DNA of 60,578 nucleotides, filler included, from Sphacelaria rigidula (Eukaryota): the NCBI GenBank assembly GCA_964200075.2. It is 6 parts of 6 records of this genome, joined end to end, with 100 filler letters (N's around TTAATTAATTAA, not from the genome) between each part and the next. Parts side by side here need not be neighbours in the genome. Positions count along the whole stretch, not along the records: positions 10,116 to 20,130 come from CAXNAA020007320.1; positions 20,231 to 30,244 come from CAXNAA020007321.1; 4 more parts are not named here. One strand, 5' to 3'. Shown piece by piece: positions 11,236-21,428 of this stretch (position 1 is its first letter; the number at the start of each line of letters is the position of its first letter). The notes beneath the pieces were generated by a model. The model saw nothing but the letters and a program-made list of their open reading frames with translations. It did not search any database and was not told the origin of the DNA. A program made the translations under genes and the position numbers.

Positions 11236-11878
11236 TAGACCGCGATGACTCTTCGGGTACGCTCAGCGTTTAAACGACCCCATTGCATGAGTTTCCTGAA
11301 TACACTACCTAGTACTTTCCCCTGTGCTGTACCTTCAGTGGGTGATGAGATTGGATCGCCAGAAATGATCACGACGATACTCAAAAGTAAGCTCTCGAGG
11401 ACTGCCCGGGTCAGGGGGTGTTATCTTTCGTGACATGTTTTCAGTTTCCGACATGAATAATTTACCATAAACATGTAGTCATTCATGCCCATGTACTCGT
11501 GACTCGTTCGGTATATCCACCGTTTTACTGCCCCTATTTGGCTTTTTTGGCCTCTCCTCGCATGCGTAGCATGTAACCGACGATTTTTTCTCGGTTTCTT
11601 TTGTTATTTCAAGAGTCCACCATATACATTTGCGAATGTATTTATACAGTATATTTTTGTCGCCGACGCACTTGTGGAAAATTCCGTCCTGCGGGGCGCC
11701 GTATTTTCATGTTCGTGGGCGTATACTTGATTTTTCTTTTGTCATCTGTCGTTTTGTGCCATTGGCTATGTGACCACGAGTGCTAGATTCCTGGAAAATG
11801 GCTAATGTGAAAAAAATAATAACAACAAAACAAAAATGGATCATGACAACAACAATGAATCATGAAAAAAACCCGTAC

Positions 11879-11985
11879 GTGGTGGCGAAGAGTTGAGTAT
11901 CTTGTGCCACGATAGCCATCTGTCGATGCAAGCTCCGGAGATTCAGCTCCGGAAGCGGGACACCGTCGACAAGAATACGCCCAGC
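11879..11985 (-). CDS. ABCB-type ABC transporter exon (Q-loop)
   Basis: cctcag|GCT...AC|gtacgg; AGRILVDGVPLPELNLRSLHRQMAIVAQDTQLFAT. Confidence 0.9.
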
Positions 11986-12768
11986 CTGAGGGGGAAACAG
12001 TGCAGACATCGAGCACACGCGAGACACATGCACGATCACCACCTCAACCAGCCGTAAGTACGACATCATGTGCTACAGCAACTCAAACATAGAACACACA
12101 CCCACACAGAGAGAGAGACACACACCACATCACACACAGATATGCACACACCACACACATCACACACAGAAATGCAGCATCACCCCGACAACAAAATATA
12201 TTGCCAAGCATCTTCACTCGAATGATGTGCCGCAAGTACGTAAATAGAAATTCAGGCAGCAGAAATGTATGTATATATTCACGTCGATTTCGCATCTCAA
12301 AGAGGGGCTGTAGCATAGAATATTTAGAGCGCACTCCACGAGCGCAAAACGGTGCCTGAAACAGCTTTCAGGTCATTATATCCAAATAGCGACCACTCAA
12401 AAAAAGCATGTCTCGCCCAAATATTCAGCAGAAGCAAACACCCCACCCAGACACAAAAGCCAATTCAACACTCAACCAACCGAATGAATCAACGATGGTC
12501 TCTTACAATACCACAATACCAAGCGCAAACAAAAAGCAGCAACATTGGATGACGACACGATATCACGATAAAGCTGTGTCATGTTCCACGCGTTTCAACA
12601 TGCAGCACGCACAGGGATCGATTCATAACCTCCTCCCCCTCCCCCCCTCACGAGTGAGCGATATCAAGGGTCTCATGACTGCAGCATATAAGGTCATGAG
12701 TGCACGTCCCTCACACGAGCTGTTGTAGCTCTTTATTTGCCCCGAGGCTATTTTTTTACCCTCCTCAC

Positions 12769-12885
12769 ACTAGGATCGTAGAACCTGAGCAGCAGGTGAA
12801 CCAGGGTCGTCTTCCCGCTACCGGATCGCCCCACGAGGGCGCAAGTCGTTCCCGCTGGAATGTGGAGGTCAACACCCTTTAGAAC
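12769..12885 (-). CDS. ABCB-type ABC transporter exon (Walker A)
   Basis: tcgcag|GTT...AGT|gtgagg; [39 protein letters not shown]. Confidence 0.92.
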
Positions 12886-12906
12886 CTGCGAGGCAAGGCA
12901 AGCGTA

Positions 12907-13111
12907 CAAGGTTGTATTCTGTAGGGTACGGATATGTTCGGTAGGGTATGGCATTTCCAAGGTAGTATTCTGTAGGGTGCACCAGCTGAAATACGGGTAT
13001 TTTCAGAGTGAAAGGCTTACAGAACTCACAGAATCATCGGGCACGGGTAATACTCGGGTAAACAGCCCGGGAATACAAGAAAAAAACGTAACCCTAGAGA
13101 ACACAACTTTG
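12907..13111. mobile_element. MITE of about 205 bp
   Basis: TIR pair CAAGGTTGTATTCTGTAGGGT / ACCCTAGAGAACACAACTTTG; TA on the left flank. Confidence 0.65.
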
Positions 13112-13447
13112 CAAAACGTGCAGTCACAAGGGTACACCTGGGCTTTGACGACTGATGTTGTAACCGTCAGCGAATGACAAACGTATAAATTCGCACGAAC
13201 CACAGCACCGCAGACACGACCAAATCAACACGTTGCCGTCGTGTGTTTGCCACCTTGACTTCAGGCTGAACGACTTCGTGAGTAGGCAACCAGCGCTAGG
13301 CCAGCACTGGATGTTATTTCCTCATAATACGTGGGTCAAGTTAGATAGTCAGTGCACACACCTATGCTCGCGACGCACGTGGTACTGATGTCGCAAAGTA
13401 CCATCAATATGTGCCGTACCGTGTTTTTTTTTTTTCCGTCACACTTG

Positions 13448-13590
13448 CCCCCCCCCAACCCCCGTCTTCTCTGCGCGAGCCTGGTGCGGTGAAAACCCGA
13501 CATGCTCCGCCCCGGCTCTGTAGGGATGCGAAGTCAATGGTCTCATGACTACGGCATGCAACATCATGAGTACACTACCCTCTCCTCCCC
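13448..13590 (+). mobile_element. Retroelement family B 3' end between two C-tracts
   Basis: ...GGGATGCGAAGTCAATGGTCTCATGACTACGGCATGCAACATCATGAGTAC + C-rich tract. Confidence 0.7.
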
Positions 13591-13870
13591 ACGAGTTCAT
13601 GGTCTCCAGGGACCAACCCATCTCTCCCCTAGTTCGGTACACGCCTTGCATTTCAGTGTCGCGGATTGGATCATGACCAACACTCCCGCACCGCGTGAAC
13701 TCTCGCCGAATGAGCCTCTTTTTCCTACTACTCACGCCCTCACGTTTCCAACAACGAAAATCAAAAACTTCTTGGGGAAATAATCCAATCGAATCGGCCG
13801 GCAATCGAATCCGCATTCTCCCGACCTGAGAGCTTTACTTTACACCCAAAATTACACCACCAGAGCGTAG
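13590..13870 (-). mobile_element. tRNA-derived SINE family A, diverged copy
   Basis: Body homologous to 3900-4000; minus-strand TGGTGGTGTAAT and GATTCGATTGCC boxes. Confidence 0.65.
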
Positions 13871-14459
13871 CACGAATATCGGACGCAGATGCTCGAGCAG
13901 GTGTTCTGTGGTTTGTCCTCGTCCACATGAGGGAAGTTGACAGGAGGTTTTAGTGCTTTCAACTCGCGCACGACCCTGAGCAAAGTTTTCCGAACGCTCG
14001 AGGCGCCTACCCCACATGACTGCCGCGAGGAAGTGTAGCCGAACCTCCGGGTAATCGGTAGACGAATCCGTTCTGGGGGTAATTGTTGCGTGAGGTTTCC
14101 TCCTTCTTTAGAGGGAAAAAAAAAAATGTGTCCCCCATGCACAGCGACCGCCACAGAGCTTGAATTACTTGAGAAATGTGTAGAAAACTGTTCCCACATT
14201 ACTATTACCACCATCGACATCATCACAGCTAGGGTGGGATACGGTGCACGTCACCGTACGGAGAATACCACCCCCAGATCAACACTTCCGGGCGATGAGG
14301 TTCTCGATACTATTTCGCCGTCATAGCAGCACCTTGGCTGAGCGAATATTGTTTTGGGAAGACAGAGAAGAGCTTCTCTGTACGGTAGGTAGACCGCCGA
14401 CTTTCCATGGGCCACTGCATCAGTACAAGCGCGTTGCACATAAAATAAGCGTAACACTT

Positions 14460-14713
14460 GAGCAAATGCTACGGTAGGGGTACGCAAGATTTTTCTGGTT
14501 AGGTATGCCGGATGGAGACTAGAGTAATGCCGCGATAACCCCCCTCCCCCCAAAAAATATACAGGCATAAACCGGGCTGGATTGGAGGTGTGTGCGATAC
14601 TCTGCGACCAAGTATGCGCGATTCATGAGACATGTCACCGTCCAATAACACAGCGAGGGAAGGCCTCAGACAAGATTTCGCGAAAAAAGTGCACCCCTAC
14701 CGTGGCATTGCTC
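14460..14713. mobile_element. MITE with GAG...CTC termini and 4-bp TSD (Sola-like)
   Basis: ACTT|GAGCAAATGCTACGGTAGGGGTAC ... GCACCCCTACCGTGGCATTGCTC|ACTT. Confidence 0.7.
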
Positions 14714-14830
14714 ACTTGAATTTCGTAGAGTACGAAAATGCTCTTCGACATTATCTTTCGGTTACCTCGTGTGGCACCAGAGGTGGATCAGAACAACCAA
14801 GCGCGGTATGGGGACCCTGAGTTTTCACCA

Positions 14831-15890
14831 TACCCTGGATAAAAGACGGTATACATTGGAATAGCAACATACTTTGCCGCATTAAATGCCAATATGGTCG
14901 TCCGCAATGGCTACCGATCAACAAGTTTATCTTTCTATTGTCGTCGGCAATGTTTATCGATAGACTCCTTTCCCATACTGTTGCCCGGGCAGCAGTCTCT
15001 GGCAACCCTACACCTGAAACTATGGTCGCCGACCGAATGTTTCTATCGGTGGCTTTCCAAATCTTTTGATGGCGATAAAGGCTATCGATGACTGTATGCC
15101 AAATATATTGATGACGGTCACGGCTAATGATAGATTACGTACAAAATATATTGGTGGCAATGCATATCGATAGATACACACCACAATATACTGCGGTATA
15201 CACTGCCTGCCAATAGGTGTTCTCTTTCATCTATTGCCACACCTTCATCGCAACATCCTACTTATAGAGCATGTTATACATTTCTGAATCATGGCCAATA
15301 TATATATATATATATATTGCTGGTCACAACAGAAGCCGAATGGCGTCGATCACTAGCTGTGTATGCACATTTTTCGGTTAATGTTTTTACCTTATTCCAC
15401 GGAAGCCATGGCCAGCTATCGCCTCTGGTAGTTGCGTGTTCATGTGTGAGGAGAATTGCCGTTGATGTCACGAGACCACTGCAGTGAGCAGTATATTCAT
15501 CAAAATGCCGTTGATGCATAAGACCACGGCAGTGACCAATATGTTGATCAAAATCTACCGTTGGCGTCACCGCCTATCGGTAGGCGCTCCCTAAACAATC
15601 GACTGTTGACGGCAATGACTATTGACAGCAATAAATTGTTGGCGGCAGAGGCTATCGATTGACTGCTCACCAAATCAATGGATGATGGCGAAGGCTACCG
15701 ATAGACGGCTCACTAGATCTATTGATGACGGCAATTGCTATCGATGGATGGCTCACCAAATCTTGAGATGATAGCAATGACTATCGATGAATGACTCACC
15801 AAATCTATGGCGGTATACGATGCCCATCGATGGCAAGTAATTCTGATCTATTTCTATGGCAATAGACTATTGATAGACTCTCGCAATATT
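14831..15890. mobile_element. CCCTGGACAA-terminus DNA element fragments (family F) with degenerate ~39-bp ATCGATAGA-rich repeats
   Basis: 14831-15280 aligns by eye with 37742-38240; repeats GGCAATGGCTATCGATAGAC...CCAAATCTATTGATGAC at 15590-15810. Confidence 0.6.
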
Positions 15891-16624
15891 TCTTTCCCTT
15901 GCAATACAAATCAAAATGTGTTTCACCATTCGTTGTGTTCGACAATATATAGATAGGTTTTGCCTCGCGTCTATTACTGAGGCAACGGACTGCTGTTGTG
16001 TACATTGTCCGGAGTGTGTTTTTTACACACACTGCTGTCATTTTGCTTGACGATTATCTTGTGAGAATCCAGAGGAATAGTATTCCCTATTCCCTATGCT
16101 AGCCCAGCCACTAAATATCCACTGGTCAGCGAGTCAGATCGATTGGCTGAACACTTGGAATACATCAATATATTGGCCGCATGTCGGAAACAATTTCATC
16201 CGGTGCGCTACAATGAATCGATTGCTTCATTAATTGCCACGCATTGAGTGAACCCCCTCAAGTAGCCAGACCAACAAAGGGCAACCTATATGGCTGGGCA
16301 CTATGAGCGTCGAAACCGAGCCACGATCGTCCGCACTGACACATGTGAGCCTCACTGGAAATAACTTCCTACTTCGCTTTCAAAGGAGGGTCAACACGCG
16401 CTGAGGGACCCACATCACGACATCAAACTCTCTACTACAGGCACCGTGCGTCAGCCAAGACCGACCCACCACGCTTGAAAATCCATTTTGTCCACTTCCT
16501 GTGTACGAATGCCTTGTTATGATAGCCATGAAACTCAGTGTTACTATCGAACGCCGTGCCGGAAAGATATATATGCGACAGTTTCCTGGTTTGGTAAAAG
16601 GACCCTTACATGTTATCCTGAGCA

Positions 16625-17012
16625 CCGAAATCAGCATCCTGGATCCTCTGGCTCTTCGTACACACCATGTGCATCAGGAACCCGCATCCTCTGGCTCTTC
16701 ATACATACCATGAAAATCAGGATCCCGGATCCTCTAGCTGCCCATAGTCCATGAACACAATTCAAATCAGGATTCCAGATCCTTGCTGTTCATGCACACG
16801 ACTGAAACCAGGGATCCGGATCCTCTGGCTCTCCATATTTACCATTAAAATCAGGATCCCGGATCCCCTGGCTGTCCACCTACACAATGGAAAATCAGGA
16901 TACCAAATCCTTGGCTATTCGTACATACCACTGTAATCAGGATCCCGTACCCTTGGTTCTTCATATGTACCATAAAACCAGGAACCCGAATATTGTGACT
17001 GTTCACATATAT
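16625..17012. repeat. Degenerate ~42-bp minisatellite (about 9 units)
   Basis: Recurring AAATCAGGATCCCGGATCCTCTGGCT...CATACCA. Confidence 0.8.
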
Positions 17013-17602
17013 CATTGTCTCGGCTTGCCGACTGTCATGTGGGAGGCCAGGGACGAGGGTTCCCTTGGTAATCGACCGCTGATGTTCCCACGGATCAGTT
17101 CATCTAGATCCGTCTACCAAGAGACAGAGCAAACGTCAGCTGTTGATTGCTGAAACGGGAAAAACCCGGGTAAAGCGCCAAAGGGTGTGTGCATAGTTTT
17201 GCGATTTGTTTTTAGTTTATATATTTTTGGCAACTCCAGGTTCTTCTCCAACGGGAGGATGGATAACGAAGGGGTAATCGGAAGAAACAAGGGGAAAAAG
17301 GGGGGGAAAAAACGAAAAATAGAAGAGTGAAACAGGATAGATGAAAAAGAAAAGACAAGAAGAAGAGAGAATAAAAGAAAAGAAGGAGAAGGGGGAAAAG
17401 GAGAAAACACGCGAAGTAGAATGTATTGGACAAAACGGGGGGAGGGGGGGGTACGGAACAAAAGGAACAGCAACAAAAATAGAGAGAAGGAAGAAAAAAT
17501 GGGAAACGAGGGGGAAACACAAAAAAAAAAGAGAGCAAACGGGAAAATGGAGATGTTGAAGAATATAAAATAAAATAAAATAAATAAAAATAATGCACAC
17601 AC

Positions 17603-17765
17603 CTTGTTATCTGGACGCATCTGGTACGTGAACTCGACGTTCTGTACAGCTATCTCTCCTCGGAAAGTACTATTTTGGACTTCTAAGCCGCTGTCGATAT
17701 CGATGTCCGGCAGAGAGTCCATCAGGCTAAAGACTCGCTGGGCCGCCCCCGCCGCTCGAGTCAAA
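17603..17765 (-). CDS. ABCB-type ABC transporter exon (TMD-NBD linker and A-loop)
   Basis: ccgcag|T...AAG|gtgtgt; LTRAAGAAQRVFSLMD...FRGEIAVQNVEFTYQMRPDNK; joins the Walker A exon in phase 0. Confidence 0.9.
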
Positions 17766-18040
17766 CTGCGGAATAGGGTCATATTCCAAGAAGAAATACA
17801 TAAACAGCATGTTTCAAGAATATGCGTTCCGAACAGTCATATTTCAAATGTAAAACTGAGAGTAGGCCATGTTCCAGGAAGTCACACATGTCTACGCTGT
17901 TCGGATAGTCATCTTTCAAGCGTGAAACTGCGAACAGGTCATGTTCCAGGAGTTCGCACATGTCTATACGGTTCGAATAGTCATATTTGAGAGTGTAAAA
18001 CTGCGAATAGGTCATGTTCCAGGAGTTCACGCATGTTTAC
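17763..18040. repeat. ~72-bp tandem repeat overlapping the ABC exon splice acceptor
   Basis: AAACTGCGAATAGGTCATGTTCCAGGA-like units with CTG at 17766, 17856, 17928 and 18001. Confidence 0.8.
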
Positions 18041-18911
18041 GAGTGTCACATTATCCCTCCGACAGTGGAAAAATCGTGCTTGCGGCATGTCCTCAGAAAA
18101 ACAGCTATCCACTGTATGTTTATCCTCGACCGAGACCGGTTATTCGTCATCTTCTTCTCCTTTCCTTTCCCTTACTCTACTTTTGGGTTATTCTTCATTC
18201 AAATATCTTTCGTATCTCGTTGCTTTCCTGTTTAAGGTACCTATCTTGTTTTCTAAAAGAGACATTTATGTTTATTTCCTCGCCTTCTCCCTCTCTCAAA
18301 TTTCCTACATCAGCAACCGTTTCCGTTTTGTTTTCCATTAAGCACGCCCACCATATCATGTGACTACGGAGATCCATGAGGCGCCGCGCGGCCTTCTCGC
18401 GACAAAAAAAATGAGGATGACATTGTTGGGATAGTGAGGATGATTATCACGAACAGCCTACATGTGGCAACCATTTCACGTTCCTTCTCGCATTCACATT
18501 ATCATCTTATCATTTTTCCGACCATTTTTCGTCAGAACGGAGGAACAACTCGATACCAATGCGAAAAGGAACGGGAAACGGTTGCCACGCGTGTGCTTGT
18601 CGTCACCCTCATCCTCACTTTCACGATGATATTCTCACTTTTCCTCGTAAAAATGTCCGACAATGATTCGATCGAATGACTCGCATGGACGTACACGTTA
18701 CGCTCTGCCAAAGTAAAAATCGATGTGCGGATAGGCTATGTCCCCGTGAGCAAAAGGCTGGAAACCATGTGCTGTCACACCATGTATCAGCGACAGACCA
18801 TACTCGTGTCACGTTTTACCACACGCGCAGGCGTGATCCCACCACCAGGGAGCGTGATACTTTTTCAGCGTATTTGCGCTCGAGACGTATAGGGAAGTTT
18901 TTTATACAAAA

Positions 18912-19225
18912 GCGCCCCGGTGGTGTCATGATCCAACGGACACAGTTAGGGTGAAAAGAACGTGGTTCGGGTGCCGCCAGATGCGTCTGGGTTATTCTCC
19001 AAAACATCTTATCTCCGTCGTTGACGGCACGAGGGCGTAAGTTAGCAGCAAAAGCAGTTTGTTTGACAGAGCTTGTTTGACGAGAGCCGACGCGGTGCGG
19101 GAATGTTGGTCATGATCCAATCCGCGAGACTGAACTAACTGCAAGGCGTGTGACCACGGGGAGAAAACGGTGGATCCCTTGAGACCACGTACTCGTCTAG
19201 GGGAAAAAGGGAGGGGTTGGACGAG
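18912..19225 (+). mobile_element. tRNA-derived SINE family A, diverged copy
   Basis: GCGCCCCGGTGGTGTCATG head, GGTTCG box, shared body GCGGTGCGGGA...CCGCGAGAC...TGCAAGGCGTG. Confidence 0.7.
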
Positions 19226-19802
19226 AAACTCCTGAAAAGAAAGCCAGCTCCTTCCTGGCAAAAGGTGGAACACATAGCCGTGACTACAACTATGCAACAA
19301 TATCTTATCCCCGCCGGTACTATCTGTGTCCATGCTGAAAAAATGTCCTGTCCATTACAGTATTAGTAGTAGTAGCGCGTGAACATGGTCCATAATATTT
19401 GGCAGTATTGGTGACGAGAATGTAAAAGACAAAAGGCTGAGGCTTGGACAGCACTCTCAGTACGAGCCCACGGCAGCACCGTTGTAGGGAGGAATTGAAA
19501 AAAATGGTGTAGTTAACGTGTACGTGATACTCGAGATGCCCAGTCTCGACTCGCGCGATCGCTTGAAAAAGTGAGCGGAGGTGAACGCTTGATGAAGTCG
19601 TTCTCCAGATTCTCGCCCCTAGCACTGTTGCAGCTTGGACATGCCACATACCTTCAGCTGCAAATGTTAGAAGCAGGTCACGATTTGATAATTGAGCGGA
19701 GGGACATTTCAACCCCTTGGCCGCGACAGCTGGCCAACTAACTGTACCCCGAAGGAACCTTTCAAAACACGTTAATAACACTTGCTGCGACGTGGAACAA
19801 AA

Positions 19803-20005
19803 GAGACATTCGGAAAACGCTTTTTTTTTTTTCCCGTAATTTCAGAGTGCAAATATCTCAGGATCAGAGTGTAACGAAAACTTACTTCCCCCTCAGTCAA
19901 ATGTCATATCCCCTTGAGCCTTTTTTCGATGAAGTGTTTTTTTTTTTGCACCATCCTGAGATACTTGCACTCTGAAATGAGAGAAAAGCGTTTTCCGAAA
20001 CTCTC
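19803..20005. mobile_element. MITE with long imperfect TIRs
   Basis: TTCGGAAAACGCTTTT...ATTTCAGAGTGCAAATATCTCAGGAT mirrored by ATCCTGAGATACTTGCACTCTGAAAT...AAAAGCGTTTTCCGAA. Confidence 0.7.
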
Positions 20006-20130
20006 TAATGCTGATCGTTCAAGGCTTGAGGGACTCCGAATAATGCGGTATGTTACTTAAGATGACGTGCTACAGAAATGAAGGGGCTGGCGCCCCCCCT
20101 TCGCCCCCCCCCCCCACACACGCCAGCACA

Positions 20131-20230
20131 NNNNNNNNNNNNNNNNNNNNNNNNNNNNNNNNNNNNNNNNNNNNTTAATTAATTAANNNNNNNNNNNNNN
20201 NNNNNNNNNNNNNNNNNNNNNNNNNNNNNN
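20131..20230. other. Artificial contig linker
   Basis: N44-TTAATTAATTAA-N44. Confidence 0.98.
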
Positions 20231-20750
20231 GGACATCTGATGCGGACGCCTTCCGTGGTCACAGGCTAAAAAAAAAAAAAAAAAAAAGACCCAGATTAAA
20301 ACTCACAAAACGCGATACAAGCTAAACAGGAAAAAATAATAAAGAAGAAAGGGAGTACATATGGCTAACTTCAGAAGATCCGGTGCCGCGGGTGGCCATT
20401 CGGACTTCAGGGGGTGGCACTCGGTTTTTCAACTCGACGCGCGACAAGTAGGAATGAACACAGGGTCCGACTACGGGCGAGGCTCAAGGCCCCAAATACC
20501 GCCAACCAAAGAACTAAACAACTAAGAATCGCAGCGTTCGATCTTGCGGCCTCTCGAGGGAGGGGTTGAAAAATAAAATTGTGAATGGAGCTAAGCCAGA
20601 AAAACATGGGAGTGCAATAGATAGCGATGAGCGAAACCATAAGAAAAACAGGCGACGAGAAAACAAGAAGCCCAGTGGGAAGCATCAAGCGAGCGGCGGA
20701 ACACACAGCTCAGGCGCAACGCAAGACGCAGGACGGTGAAACGGATACAG
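20231..20750 (-). mobile_element. Probable non-LTR retroelement 3' region (family G); extent tentative
   Basis: Begins with ATCTGATGCGGACGCCTTCCGTGGTCACAGGCTAA, also present at 24024-24059 and, inverted and diverged, at 48805-48868. Confidence 0.5.
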
Positions 20751-20754
20751 CACA

Positions 20755-21045
20755 TTATGGTGTGTAATGGTCCGACTGTCACCGTAAGGGTGCAGAAAAC
20801 AAGGGTTCGATTCCCGATGCGTTGGGTTTTTTCTTCGTAGTATCTGATTTCCACCGTGGAAAGCGTGAGAACATGAGTAAACAAACTAGTCGACCGAGTT
20901 TGTTTGACGTGAGTTGAAGCGGTGCGGGAGTAGTGCTGACCCAGTCCGCGAGACCAAAATGCAAGGCGTGAGCAGGGGAGAGATGTCTTGATGTCTTGAG
21001 ACCACGCACTTGTCCCGAGGAAGGGGAGGGGGTGTTATTCAAAGT
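20755..21045 (+). mobile_element. tRNA-derived SINE family A
   Basis: TGTAATGGTCCGACTGTC...GGGTTCGATTCCC head; reverse-complement match to 3865-4145. Confidence 0.8.
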
Positions 21046-21396
21046 GCGACGAATAGATTAAATAAAAATAAAAAGTAAATTGTGCGGGGTAGAAGTAGTG
21101 GTCGTACTGAGTTAGAAGTTGGATAATAACGTCGCATTTACTTCATTGGTTTCGGTCGTGAAAAGCATGAAGACGCGAGTTGACAAAACTTCGAAGTAGG
21201 TCGACGGATCTCGACACTGCTGATGACCATCATCCAATACCATCCAATGCTTAATGGCAATTGAAAACTAAGGTACTGGGGGAGGGATGTGCTGACCGTT
21301 GGTCGTTAATTCCTCAACTACGGACTCATCCCGAGGGAGGGGAGAAAATGGGAAGTATGAAGAAAGGATGGGATAAGAAGAGATATGATGTGATAC

Positions 21397-21428
21397 GATC
21401 AGATCAGATCAGATCAGATCAGATCAGA
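21397..21428. repeat. (GATCA)n microsatellite
   Basis: Read directly from sequence. Confidence 0.85.

Noticed and set aside
17114..17602. Phe/Leu-rich membrane-protein-like ORFs
   Set aside because: Translation of a low-complexity pyrimidine tract in the intron after the AAG|GT donor at 17602
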